From: Dicyema japonicum
Lineage: Eukaryota; Animalia; Dicyemida
Assembly (NCBI GenBank): GCA_011109175.1
Contig: RDEW01000024.1
Span: forward strand, 621,189-685,188
Direction of reading: 5' to 3'
Length of the DNA stretch: 64,000 nt
How positions within the stretch are numbered: the stretch's first letter is position 1; the number at the start of each line of letters is the position of its first letter. Shown in pieces: positions 1-12,349 of the stretch. A program made the position numbers and the translations under genes. The notes under the pieces are model-generated. The model searched no databases. It was given only the letters and a program-made list of their open reading frames with translations, and was not told where the DNA came from.

Positions 1-560
1 GTTCTAGGGAATCGGATTTCTACTTACACAGATCTCAGTGAGTGATGATTAGCGATTGGGACGTGAGAACCAATGGTCTAGGAATGGGATTTCTACTCAC
101 ACTAGATCTCCGAAAAACTCCAACTGGGACGTTATCTATTAAATCATGAGTTCATTATTTACTGTCTTCAAGAAACAAAAATTACCTCATATTCTTGGAT
201 GATTATTATACTTTGGACTCTGATTGTCACCATTTTGGTCTTGGATTTGTGTCAACATATCTTTATGACCTTGTGGCACGTGTATGGACTGTCCTTGATC
301 TATTGCAGTCATGCAACTCAAGTTTGGAACGTACCTAATTTTGTCATCTCTATCATCAATTTTCAATGCTCTGACCACTTCCCGGGATGATGCCAACCCT
401 AAGAGCTCAGTGTGTTCTATCATGTTTGACTGAGACACGTGACTAACTTTTTCATCATTCTGACGTTCATTAGTGGTGACTAGAATGCTAGAGTTGGTAA
501 AGTGAGGAATGAGAGACTATGCTTGGAACCGCCGAAAATCTTACTTTGTCATAACAGAAT
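1..560 (+). mobile_element. Degenerate AP-endonuclease (5' part) of an RTE-type non-LTR retrotransposon
   Basis: Broken frames give QLGRYLLNHEFIIYCLQETK, HHFGLGF and GD.NARVGK-like motifs. Near-identical to 30810-31260. Confidence 0.65.
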
Positions 561-589
561 ATTCACCTCATACGTGGTCAATTTCTAAA

Positions 590-1400
590 ACAGTTGGTTA
601 TAATCCCGAATATCCTATAGTGATAACTTTAATGCCGAATTATTAGCGTTCGACCTATATGACGTGAATTATTTATCGACCATAAATAGCAATTTTATTA
701 AAACGAACGAAAATGTTGTTGCATTTAGTATTGATGAGCTCGGTCTTGGGAATCTCTTATAATCCATTAGATAGTCCAATGCTATTTAGCGTATATTTGA
801 CATATTAATTTTTAGAATCAAAGTATTATTTTTATTCAAAGTTTAATAAGGATTTGGAAGGTTATATTATTTTAAATTTTTAGGAATAATTTTAATAGCT
901 AAGTATGATGATCTAGATGTAATAGTTTAATTAAATTTTAGGCTTGTTTGAGGGCATTCTTGCAACTTGATGTTGAAAATTTGGAAGAAAATGAAAAAAA
1001 TCAACATTTAGTTGTAAAATACTAACCATGTAGATTTATTTCATTGGAAATGTTTCAGCTGCTTTACAGATATTGATTAATAGTCAGACAACCATTACTG
1101 AAAAAACAAAGAAAGATGCAAGAAGAGTAAAAAATATACTAGATCTGATAATATATGCGTTTTCGATAAATAAATGTTTATCCTAATATTATATTTTAGT
1201 ACATGACATTTACTTAATTGTCTCAGAAATATTGCTTGTATTTATAAGTATAATTTTTAGATGAATATTAAAAACAATATCCCTAAAGAAAATATTTTGG
1301 TAACAAAATTACTCAGTTTAGATACATAGTGTAAAAATTTGCATAAAATATTTTATATCAATAATAGAAGCGATAACAGACAGTATCCCTGTAGTTCTTC
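590..1400 (+). pseudogene. Unknown multi-exon gene family 'X', copy 1 (disrupted)
   Basis: Homologous to 14070, 31295 and 35935. Five GT-AG micro-introns at conserved positions, e.g. 1176-1199. Contains stops and frameshifts. Confidence 0.6.
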
Positions 1401-1719
1401 AAAATTAATCCTTCCGTTACTAATTTAAACTCTGGTTTTGTTAGACTTGGGAATAATTTGGGTTTCTATTCTTTTGGTTGTTTCATACTTTTGCTTCTCA
1501 TAAATTATTAATGACTTTATTCAAATCTCTCGCCTTTTCGGATAGAAATTCTTTTAGCTTTTGAAAAATATAGCTGATTAGGTCAGTCTGTAACAATTTT
1601 TTATTTTCATAATGATTTGTATCTGAAATCTGATGATCATAGGTCCCATTCATTTACTACCCATTTCGAATCTAGTCTCGTCCATCTCAATTTGAGATTC
1701 CAGGTATCTCTCTTGTTTC

Positions 1720-1875
1720 TTGCCTTAAGATTCCAATGACGAATCAACATGGAACTTGACTGTCCACTAGGAATGGATTGTCAACCAACAGAAAGAAAAT
1801 AAGTCAATAACATTCCTGATGCCTTGTCCCCATTATCATAACTGTTCTTTAAATAAAAATTGTTTCTTGCCAATG
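1720..1875 (+). repeat. Old diverged SINE-related segment (subfamily C), also at ~15280-15430 and ~32500-32650
   Basis: Shares GACGAAT...GGATTGTC and ATAACTGTTCTTT-AAATAAAA-TGTGT blocks with the SINEs at 4280 and 26281. Confidence 0.5.
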
Positions 1876-1879
1876 TGTA

Positions 1880-3660
1880 AGTTACTAGTGTAGACACCAC
1901 TAGAAAATGGGTTTTGGTATTAACCACATTTTAGTTCACAATAAAGCCAAAATGCTCATTGATGAAGGCTGTAAACAAAATGCCACTTTGTTTTAGAATT
2001 TCTTTTATTTTTTATTTTTCGAAAATAAAATTTATTGAAACGACCGGATCTTAAATAACAAGGACTTTGGCTTTGACTTTGGACTTTGGACTTTGGCTTT
2101 GGCTTTGATCTTTAAATTTCTAAATATTAATGTCGCATCTCTATTTTCTCTTGTCGACCTTAATTTTTACTTTAACGAAGTTTAGGGTATTTTTAAGATT
2201 TTTGTGACACAAGTCGTGCCACAGTATGGACATTCCTACAGGAACCTCAGTTCCTTCTTGTGGTTCATTTCGCGCTGTGATGTAAGAGTCAATAATCGCA
2301 TCTCTTTCTAGAAAGCTTTCCTTTTCTATGTTACTTCTTTGATCGACAGTAATAGCAGATCTTCGTCCTCATCTAAAATATTGTCGAGCCGTTTGTGTAA
2401 GGTAATCTTGATTCCTGTTATCCTCGACTATTTAAGAAGGGAGATAACAGCTCCTTCAAGTCCATAGAGAAGCAATGGACTGATCATACATGAAAAAATA
2501 ATAACATTTCCTGTTTGGAGTTTTAATTTCGTATAGCGTACTCCTAGTATTGTCGAAGCTGTTCCGAGTTACTTAGAGATTTCACAATATTGATTATACA
2601 TTGGCAGTTGTGCTGATGACCTCTTTAATTTCGACCAAAAACTCAATTGCACTAGATTTTTATTTTGACAACTTTAATCCTTCAAGACCGAACCAGTCTC
2701 TTGTTTTTTCCATATATCTATTTAGTCTCTTCTCCGAGGTCATGCTCGATCTCGACACGTCAGACAGTAGTAAGTCGTCTGGGTATATCAGAGACTCGTA
2801 TTTGGTGAACACCGAGTCGGGAAACCGGCTATCAGAACGTTAAATAAAAGAGGTCTCAAAATAAATACCTGTGGGACTCCCTTCTTCAATAATGTCATTT
2901 TTAAAAGATTGCTTCCACACATAATATATGAGTTCTTCCAAATAAGAATCTTTGATCAAAATCACCAGTTCTTTTGAGCTTCCAGTCCTTTTGCTCCTTC
3001 ACGTCTATAACAAGGTTTTCAGTGATGATATCTTTCCTCTAACCTATAGGTACCTCTTCTTCTGCATTGTAGTAGCCATCAGGTCTCTTGAGTTTTATCT
3101 TGTTTTCGATTGACTCTGGACTCCTCACTCTCCAATTCGTAGCTGAGAGTTCCACTTATTCTCAGTTCTGAAACAGTTCAGCAATCGCCATTACAGGTTA
3201 ACGATTTTGTGAAACAAGGTTAAGCGGTCCAGTGGATCTGCGCATCTTCTCAGATTAGTCCTTTAGGCAATCTTCTTGATGTACAAGTGAATAGAGACAA
3301 CAGCATTATTTCTTGAGTATAGCAGCGGAATGTGGTCGCTGCTAATAACCTTATCAGTAATTGGTACGTCTTAGTATTCTGTGCTCTTGTAGTTTAAATC
3401 TCTACCAAAAATGGCCATCGAGTTTTCAAAAAACTCAGAGATCTCTCCGGTACATTTACTAGATTTCGAATACAGACCGCTAATTGTGACCCAACCATCA
3501 ATGAATGAGGTTTTATCAGACTCGAAAAAACACGACGCTCCCAGAGATCCATTACTTTCACTTTGAGCCCTGGTGGTCCAGATCAAGCAAAGAGGTCCCG
3601 ACTTCTCTCCAAGTGAGAGACTGATGATGTCCACATCCCAAACGAGAAAGTTCTTTATTT
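1880..3660 (-). mobile_element. Degenerate APE+RT LINE remnant (I/Jockey-like), repeat 'Y'
   Basis: Minus frames show the APE motifs VTISGLYS...GRDLNYKSTEY and SDH, and the RT motifs GVPQ..ILRPLLFNV, YPDD (for YADD) and DWFGLEGLKLS. Copies at 4557-5240, 11480-12320 (inverted), 15430-17650 and 32650-32870. Confidence 0.7.
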
Positions 3661-3779
3661 TGTAGGAATATTGGCAGGAAAGAATAATCCAATTTCCATG
3701 TCTCAACGGTCTTAAAGACTTCTGTCTGAAGATGATTTCGAAATTTATATTGAACATTTGATCACTCTTGAACAAGATT

Positions 3780-4014
3780 ATCAAAAGGACAAATCGCTTG
3801 GAAGTACTTTTGAGAAAGGAGATCTACGAATTAGGCTTTCAAACATGAACCCGAATATTGAGAAATTTGTGTCTAACTTTTTGCAACATCATTTTTCACA
3901 TTGATTATTAAATTTTTTATTTCAACTTGCTGCCATATAAGTTTTTTCAGTGATCGATATTTTTTAAAAGTTTGTTAAAGAGGGCGATGACCTGAATAAG
4001 TTTGGGAACTCCTG
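3780..4014 (+). mobile_element. 3' end of a hAT/Buster transposon
   Basis: Terminal TTTGGGAACTCCTG (reverse complement CAGGAGTTCCCAAA) followed by the 8-bp TA-centred site GTCTAGAC. Same end as the transposase remnant at 18770-20028. Confidence 0.7.
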
Positions 4015-4279
4015 GTCTAGACTCTTTTTTCTGAGGTCTTACAAGCTGCCTGATAACTGATAAACTCAGAAGTACTTCCTCCTCTTCTAATTTTCAACAG
4101 TACTCACTGCTGAACACGGCGAAACAATGACTTGAACAGATTTGGGTTAGAGTACGTTGAATTTTTAGCAAGGATATCTGATTGTATTTTTAAATTTTTG
4201 TAATTTGTATTTTACGTGATTACGAGGAAAATTTGAGAAAATCGCCATTTTTATTTTAATAATTAATTTGTTATTTTTA

Positions 4280-4545
4280 AAGGTCGCTTGTTCGAATCAT
4301 CATACTGCACATCTCAGTTGAAGGTTCCACGCATCATGACAAGTGACGCACTCATCAGTGAACTTCACTGCGGAACCGGATCTTCTTTAAAGGAAATACA
4401 CCCAAGAAAACAAAAAATGAAGAGCATTCCTTGATCCTCCCTCGATTAGATTATAACTGTTCTTTGCTTAAAATAAAATGTGTGTTCTGCCTGAGTAGCA
4501 ATAACTGATATGACTCTTTGGAAACTGCGAATATTATTATTATTT
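4280..4545 (+). mobile_element. tRNA-derived SINE, subfamily B (5'-truncated)
   Basis: B-box GTTCGAATC, core GAAGGTTCCACGCATC shared with the full-length SINE at 26281, and an (ATT)n tail. Copies at 10657-10920 (-), 20301-20577 (+) and a partial copy at 48355-48480. Confidence 0.75.
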
Positions 4546-4555
4546 AAAAAAAAGC

Positions 4556-4556
4556 N
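4556..4556. other. Ambiguous base, probable assembly junction
   Basis: Single N. The sequence after it restarts a paralogous copy of 3450 onward. Confidence 0.7.
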
Positions 4557-5240
4557 GTACATTTACTAGATTTCGAATACAGACCGCTAATTGTGACCCA
4601 ACCATCAATGAATGAGGTTTTATCAGCATCGAAAAGGACGACGCTCCCAGAGATCCATTACTTTCACTTTGAGCCCTGGTGGTCCAGGACAAGCAAAGAA
4701 ATCCCGACTTCTCTCCAAGTGAGAGACTGATGATGTCCACATCCCAAACGAGAAAGTTCCACTCTGAGGCCCTCGGGAGAAACACTTCTTACGCGCTAAT
4801 CTCAGGAGGACTGCGCTCCAGTACATTGTTCTTTTCAACGGTTCGTATGGCACGCGTAAACACAAAGTCACCTAAAGGTTCTCAGTATGTGTCTCTGGTA
4901 AATGGATTCAAATGACTGAAAGATTGGCTGGTTTGAGTGTAGCGATTGTCTAAGATACTGTAAGCTCCTCTTTTCAAAGTGGTCATCCAGAAAGAGAAAT
5001 TTGACTCCCACTGTAAGTACCCAATAGGAGATGATTTCAAACAGCCAGTTACTGAATTATGGATCTGCAACAAACTTTGTAGGAGAGATTGATATGCATG
5101 TAGCCCGGCTTGGGGAGGCATAATTCGATGTCGTCCATTGAATTGCTTGTATTGTGCGTCAGACACTCCTTCTGAATGTCGATGAGGTAGAGACTAAATG
5201 GGAATTATGGATGAACAACATGTTTAGAAAAGTTCCATTT
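4557..5240 (-). mobile_element. Further copy of LINE remnant Y (APE region and upstream)
   Basis: Highly similar to 3450-3660 and 16980-17650. Confidence 0.7.
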
Positions 5241-6593
5241 CAATATTATTTAAAATATAACTTTAAGATTCTAGTTGTTGTGATGTTGACATGTCCGTTT
5301 CTAATTATACCGAGAAATCGAATCCTATGGGCCTTCCTGCAAAATCAAATAAAGAAGTCAGTATAGTAGAAGCAGGACCGTCGTCTGTGGGGCTGGATAG
5401 TGTCACAAGAACTAATATCAATATCGTTGGGAATATTGGTGCCAAAACCAACTTGCATTCATTATCTGCCATTATTGAAGAGGTTCACTGTGTCTCTGAA
5501 ACTGAGTGGGTATCTCAGATTTTCTTGCTAGTTCAATGAAAAGTACTCCAAGAGTTCAGCTAAAAAAGATGCTGAAATCTGAAAATCGGAATAACAATGT
5601 AAAAGGAGGCGAATGTTTCAAAGTGCAAAATAAGACTAATGTGAAAATTCCACTTCAGAAATTGCCTTGAGGAACTAAAATACAAATTGAGAAAATTAAG
5701 TCAATTCCGAGAGATACTCGAAAACCAACACCCAAAATTCAGAGAAAGTATGTCAGAGTTAATGTTTTGTCGGGACTAAAATTCTGTAATATATTACGAA
5801 AGATAATCCGCCTCAAGATATCAATCAAATTACTGATATTCTATATGCTGCACAGTGTGCTTATATGGCTTTAACTGCGAAGGTTAAACCGCAGAGTACG
5901 TGGTTGGAGAACACTAAAAAGAAATCTCAAAGCTGATGGCAGAACTAGAACTTGTCAATCGCTTTTCCAGAAAAGCTCTCCCTGTGTATGAAAAACAGAA
6001 GGTTATGGATGTTCTTTGTGCCTATGGATACAAAAGGGCCAAAAAGGGGAGGTTGCCAGGATTGAAGCTCTACTATGTGTCCTTGTAAAAATTAAGAAGA
6101 AACAAATAGCTTTACACTATTCGAGGAAGGGCTTTCGCAAGGACAACTGTTGTTTTGAATTAAATCGAAGAAGATTTATCGGAACCTATTAGCAAGCAAT
6201 GAAGTAACGTTATATGGTTTCGATGATGAGGATTGTATGTCGTTCTGGGAAAAAGTGTGGTCTAAAGAAAAGAGATGTATGTGTCATATGACACTGTGGG
6301 TAAAGTAAATACTTGTATCGAAGGCATGTTGCCAGATTTTACAAATGAGTTTATCCTGGATCTTATTAAATGGCTCCCAGATTGGAAGGCGTGTGGATGT
6401 GATGGCTCATATAACTTTTTTATTAAGAAAATGGAATCTTTACATGGCTTTTTATGTTCTGAGATTAACCGAATTATTAATGTGGAATATATGCCTGAAA
6501 GTTGGTTTTATACTGGAATAACCTATTTAATTGCTAAAAAGGATGATTGTGAGACCCTAAAGACATACATCCTAAACGTGTATGCAACTTTAT

Positions 6594-8370
6594 TATTATT
6601 ATTATTTAAAGCACTCCCGAGAAGTCATAAAATTAATCAAGCCTCCCTTGTGCCGTATTTCTAGCCATCCTCTCTATCAGCCTTTTCCAGGACCCTCTAC
6701 TTCGTGCCAGTTCCCTTAAGGTATCTAGGTCGTCTGCGGAAGTGAGCTTCAGTCCCACAGCCGACAGGTCTCCATTCAAAATAGTTGGGAGTGTGACTCT
6801 TGGTCTTCCACGGAAACCGGCTCCCGTATGCATTAGGTAGTTTTCCATGGCGATATTCGCGGGTACTTGAGCATTTAGACGTAAGATATGTCCAAAGAGA
6901 CTCCATCTTGATCTGAAGATCTCCTCGGATAGTATACCAGATTTGCACTTCGAGTAGAGGTCATTGTTTGAGATCTTCTTAGGCCACTTGATCTTGATTA
7001 CTGATTTCAATTGTGTCCTGTGGAAAGCGTCAAGACGGTCCATCTCTTGTTTAGAGATTCCCCAAGTGCCTGAATTGTAGGTCAGGACGGGGATGACAAA
7101 AGCCTTATATATTCTGAGTTTGGTGTTTAATCCCATCCTCTTCTTATGACCCCACATATTCGATACTTTCTTTAGTGCACACATTGCGAGGATTTTCCTC
7201 CGAGAAACATCTTCTGAGTCCCCGAGAAGCGAACCCACCTTCTTTTGCTTTCTCCAAGACTCGTCCGATCTTCGATCATTGCGTGTAAGTGTTGTGAACT
7301 CTGTTTTATCGGTGTTAACGGTTAAGAACCATTTCGAGAATACGTGTGGAAGAACGTTAAGCATGTGTTGAAGTACTTGAATATCCTCAGAAACAAAGTC
7401 CAGGTCGTCCGCGTAGATTATCTCGTTATAATTGTTGCCAACCAGGGGTCTGAACTCTCTTAGTGCGGCCTCAAGGTAGACAATAAAGAGGACCGGGGAT
7501 AGTGAGTCCCCCTGTGGAACTCCACGTGAGGTCGAAAAAAAGTTAGAGGTAGAGTCACCAATTTTGACGGCAAGTTGAGTGTTCCGCATGAGTAAGTGTA
7601 TTATTTTGACATCGTCAGGCAGTAGAAAACTCTCCAACACTTCCATAAGTTTTCCACGGTCCACCGAGTCGAACGCACGGGACATGTCGATACCAAGTAT
7701 CTCAATAGATTTTTTGTATTTTTGGCACAGGGCACAATACCACCTGTGCCCCCATACCACGTCAGCCGTGGACCTGCCCGTCCGGAATCCACTTTGGCCG
7801 TCCGAAAGAAATATGTTCACCCTCTCCTTTATTCGGTTTAAAGCAATGAGGGATAATGTTTTTCGTATGGAGGTTAGGAGTATAATAGGTCTGAAGTTGT
7901 GAGGGGGGCCTTTACTTTTTCCCGGTTTTTGTAGTGGAATTAGCCACCCTTTTCCCAGTTCCAGTTCATCTGCACCCTCGAGAGACCGGTTGAAAATGTT
8001 AGTAATCATTTCAATTAGCTCCTCCGGGCCGTATTGTAAAAGTTCTGCAGTAATGAAGTCTGGTCCGGCAGATCTTCCGGTATTTAATTTTTTAATAGCT
8101 TGTTGAGTTTCGGATATGGTAATAGGGCTAGTTAGAGTGTACTTGTAAGACTTCCGAGATTTCATTGCTTGGTCAGCCGCGTCCTGTTTGTTGAACATAA
8201 GGTCAAAATGGGATGCCAGAACGTTTGCTTTGTTAATGGTCCCGATAACGTCGTGACCAAGGTTGTCATGGACAGTTAACGAAATTGGACAGTTTTCTCT
8301 GCTAAGAAGCCGGATTGCTTTGAACATTCTTGGTCCGTTCTTGTACTTTAATATGTCTGAGATTTTCTCC
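6594..8370 (-). mobile_element. 5'-truncated RTE-clade retrotransposon inserted in the R4/Dong RT
   Basis: (TAA)n tail at ~6589-6606. Target-site duplication TGC(C)AACTTTAT at 6583-6593 and 8371-8382. The host R4 frame resumes at ...PTLYKLITKC. Confidence 0.9.
6633..8327 (-). CDS. Reverse transcriptase (564-aa open frame, APE domain missing) of the RTE element
   Basis: FRPIILL, QSGFRTGRST, DMSRAFDSV, GVPQGDSLSP, YADD and the C-terminal RWSLFGHILR...RGRPR. Confidence 0.92.
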   Translation of the reverse strand: MFKAIRLLSRENCPISLTVHDNLGHDVIGTINKANVLASHFDLMFNKQDAADQAMKSRKSYKYTLTSPITISETQQAIKKLNTGRSAGPDFITAELLQYGPEELIEMITNIFNRSLEGADELELGKGWLIPLQKPGKSKGPPHNFRPIILLTSIRKTLSLIALNRIKERVNIFLSDGQSGFRTGRSTADVVWGHRWYCALCQKYKKSIEILGIDMSRAFDSVDRGKLMEVLESFLLPDDVKIIHLLMRNTQLAVKIGDSTSNFFSTSRGVPQGDSLSPVLFIVYLEAALREFRPLVGNNYNEIIYADDLDFVSEDIQVLQHMLNVLPHVFSKWFLTVNTDKTEFTTLTRNDRRSDESWRKQKKVGSLLGDSEDVSRRKILAMCALKKVSNMWGHKKRMGLNTKLRIYKAFVIPVLTYNSGTWGISKQEMDRLDAFHRTQLKSVIKIKWPKKISNNDLYSKCKSGILSEEIFRSRWSLFGHILRLNAQVPANIAMENYLMHTGAGFRGRPRVTLPTILNGDLSAVGLKLTSADDLDTLRELARSRGSWKRLIERMARNTAQGRLD

Positions 8371-10648
8371 TGCCAACTTTATATAAACTTATTACCAAAT
8401 GTGTTAATTCCAAACTCTCAGATTTTGTGGATTCGTTTGGTCTATCATCTGACAATCAGCTGGGAACGAGGAAACATTGTCAGGGCGCTAAGGAACAGGC
8501 CCTTATTAATCAATGCTTAAATAAGGAGTATGGAAACGCCCTTTATTCTGCTTGGGTTGATGTGAAGAAGACTTTGATTCTGTTGACCATGAATTTTTAT
8601 TTCATTGTATTGGACTGTTCAGGAATACCCCGTTGGATTTTTAACTTTTTAATGACCATAGTCAAGAAGTGGACTGTAAATCTCCACTTAGATGGAAGAA
8701 GAATTGGTTCTGTAAAACTGGGACGTGGAATTCTGCAAGGAGATTCATTATCCCCTCAACTATTTGTTATGGTAATGGAACCCTTGAGCATGACCCTTAA
8801 CTTTATGTTCCCAAGACTCCAAATTAATCAGGAGGATTCTAATACACTGACTTATTCTACAAATCATTTGTTATTCATTGATGACCTAAAGATATTTGGG
8901 CTAAAAGAAGATACTGTTATTAAAATGATGGAAGTTGTTCGCGATTTCTTTCATGTTGCCGGCTTGGAGATGAATTCGGAAAAGTCACTTCTAATGTTAA
9001 ATCGTTATCATGTTGTGAGATCTGGAAGGAGTCAGTGGATATCGATATTTGGGTGTTTTTGAAGATGAGGGAAGTAATGTTCTTAAAAGCAAAGTTATGG
9101 AGTCCATACTTGAAAATGTTAAGAAGAGAATAACCATGCTTTCAAAAACAAAGTTAAATTCTGTGAACTTATTTCGCGCAATAAATGAATACGCAATGTC
9201 CCTATATAACTATTATATAGGATTAATTAATATTGAACCATACGAATTTGATGATATTGACCAACAAATACGGCAACTGCTTACGTCACTCAAGTTGCAC
9301 CTCAAACCTGCAAATAAAGAGAGGCTGTATTTGGACAGGAAGACTTTTGGAAGAGGACTTTCCTCGATTTCATTAAAGAGCGAATTAATACTTTTCCAGT
9401 TTTTTAAAAGTTTGGAAAAACAGTCGACTGTGTGTTTGCGAAGGTCGGGGATTCTGCGAGTAATAAAAACAAAAAAATGGCACTTGGCTACAATCGCAGG
9501 ATTTCTTGCCTCTAAATATGCAATTGCCGACAGGGAAAGCATGGATATTAAGTCCCTCAAGGACACTCAGAAAAAATATTTATTAAATAAAATTTATTGC
9601 AGAACACTACACTCAATTATGTTCAAATGTATTGATGAAACAAATGTCGACCTATATACTTCCTCAGAATGGTTATCCAAAGGAAATAACGGCCCACGGA
9701 GCGAAGCATTGTACTGTCTTTTGCAAGATAGGAATTTGTTTTTTGCACACACGGGGTCATTATGCAACCATTGTAAAAAAAGCAAGAAAACTGTTGATCA
9801 TTTGGCCACTCAGTGTGGAAAAATGCTAAATAGTGATTATCTCCGAAGACATAATGAAGTGGTAAAGTGCATCCATCTTCATCTTTGTCGAATTTATGGA
9901 ATCAAAAGAAGCAGGAAATTGAAAGGACATTCGGTTCAGTCAATATTGACGAATCAAAATGTCGAAATTAGAGTTGACACGTCGATTTTGACAGAAACGA
10001 AAGTCCAATACAATAAACCTGATATTTTTGTGTATGAAAAAAAAGAAGGAAGTAACTTTAATTGAAGTGGGGATTACCTCACAAGACCGACTAAAGCAAG
10101 TTAAAGTTGAGAAACTTCACAAATATGACTTGCTAGCAAATGAACTTTCGCTGCTCTATGAATGCCAAGTGAAGATTATTCCAGTGGTTTTGACACGGGA
10201 TGGAGTTGTCTCAAGATGCTTCAAGAATTATGTGGATAAATTATTTATTGAAGACTTAACGAAGACTTACATCCAATCGGTTGTACTGAAGAGAACGCTC
10301 GAAAGTATGCTCATTGAACATAAGCATGGAATGAAGGTATACGATGAAGAGTACGTTTCTGCTACCCCCAACTTGTGGAACTGGCTTGCCGTGAGGACAG
10401 CCCACTGGACTCTAACGGAGATATTTTGACTGAATCTGATGTGGAGATGCGGAGTAACAGAGAAGTTATGGCACACTCTTCTTCTAAGAGAAGAAAAGGG
10501 ATTACCAACAATCTGGATCAAAATACGCTTAACTAGTTAATTTACTCGTTATTATTATTTAATAATTTTATATCGTCGCCTAAACAATAAAAAATAATTG
10601 GATGGATCCAATTAAAAGTTCAGAGAATAATTTAATTTTTTTACAAAA

Positions 10649-12320
10649 GCTTTTTTTAAATAATAATAATATTCGCAGTTTCCAAAGAGTCATATCAGTT
10701 ATTGCTCACTCAGGCAGAACACATTTTATTTTAAGCAAAGAACAGTTATAATTTAATCGAGGGAGGATCAAGGAATGCTCTTCATTTTTTGTTTTCTTGG
10801 GTGTATTTCCTTTAAAGAAGATCCGGTTCCGCAGTGAAGTTCACTGATGAGTGCGTCACTTGTCATGATGCGTGGAACCTTCAACTGAGATGTGCAGATG
10901 ATGATTCGAACAAGCGACCTTTAAAAATAACAAATTAATTATTAAAATAAAAATGGCGATTTCTCAAATTTTCCTCGTAATCACGTAAAATACAAATTAC
11001 AAAAATTTAAAAATACAATCAGATATCCTTGCTAAAAATTCAACGTACTCTAACCAAAATCTGTTCAAGTCATTGTTTCGCCGTGTTCAGCAGTGAGTAC
11101 TGTTGAACATTAGAAAAGGAGGAAGTACTTCTGAGTTTATCAAGTTATCAGGCAGCTTGTAAGACCTCAGAAAAAAGAGTCTAGACCAGGAGTTCCCAAA
11201 CTTATTCAGGTCATCGCACTCTTTAACAAACTTTTAAAAAATATCGATCACTGAAAAATAAAAATATGGCAGAAGAAATTTGATAATCATGTGAAAAATG
11301 AAATGTTGCAAAAAGTTAGACACAAATTTCTCAATATTCGGGTTCATGTTTGAAAGCCTAATTCGTAGATCTCCTTTCTCAAAAGTACCTCAAGCGATTT
11401 GTCCTTTGATAATATTGTTCAAGAGTGATCAAATGTTCAATATAAATTTCGAAATCATCTTCAGACAGGAAGTCTTTAAGACCGTTGAGACATGGAAATT
11501 GGATTAATTCTTTCCTGCCAATATTCCTACAAAATAAAAGAACTTTCTCGTTTGGGATGTGGACATCATCAGTCTCTCATTTGGAGAGATGTCGGGATCT
11601 CTTTGCTTGTCCTGGACCACCAGGGCTCAAAGTGAAAGTAAAGAATCTCTATGACCGTCGTGCTTTTCAAAGCTGATAAAACTTTATTCATTTAAGGTTG
11701 GCTCACAAATTGGCGGTCTGTATTTGAAATCTCTAGTGAATCTACGGTGAGATCTCTGAGTTTTTTAAAAACTCGATGGCTATTTTTGGTGGAGATCAAA
11801 ATAACAAGAGCACAGAATACTCAGAAGTACCAATTACTGAAAAGGTTATTAGCAGCGACCACATTCAGCTGCAATACTCAAAAAATAATGCTGTTTCTCT
11901 ATTCACTTGTACATCAAGAAGATTGCCTAAAGGACTAAACTGAAGAGAAGCGCAGATCCACAGGACCGTTTAGCCTTGTCTCACATAATCGGCAACCTGC
12001 AATAGCAATTGCTGAAGTGTTTCAGAACTGAGAATAAGTGGATCTCTCAGCTACGAATCGGAGAGTGAGGAGTCCAGAGTCAATCATAAACAAGATAAAA
12101 CTCAAGAAACCTGATGGCTGCTACTATGCAGAAGAAGAGGTATCTATAAGTTTGAGGAAAGATATCATCACTTAGAAACCTTGTTATAGACGTGAAAAAG
12201 GACTGGAAGCTAAAAAGGTGGAGATTTTGATCAAAGATACTTACACAACTTACTACTGTCTGACGTCTCAAGATCGAGCATGACCTCGGAGAAGAGACTA
12301 AATTGATATATGGAAAAGAC
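10649..12320 (-). repeat. Inverted duplicate of 2710-4555 (SINE-B + hAT end + LINE Y)
   Basis: Reverse complement matches block by block, e.g. GAGTCTAGACCAGGAGTTCCCAAA at ~11178. Confidence 0.85.
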
Positions 12321-12349
12321 AATATCTAATTTGACCAAACTGGTGCTAA

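Larger units (their letters stand above)
5244..10562 (+). mobile_element. R4/Dong-clade non-LTR retrotransposon (RT + CCHC finger + REL endonuclease), frameshifted and interrupted by an RTE
   Basis: WKACGCDG, GILQGDSLSPQLF, LLFIDDLK, CNHCKKSKKTVDHLATQC, KPDIFVY and EVGITSQD...KYDLLANEL across the ORFs from 6275 to 10429. TTA-rich ends. Confidence 0.9.

Noticed and set aside
10825-10880. Hammerhead ribozyme in the antisense of SINE-B (CTGATGAG followed by a stem)
   Set aside because: The stem is followed by GGAAC rather than GAAA, stems I/III are not formed, and CTGATGA is not conserved in subfamily A.
2710-12320. LTR retrotransposon or a giant TIR element around the RT genes
   Set aside because: The flanks are inverted chimeras of other TEs, one ends at an N, and the internal RTs are non-LTR type.
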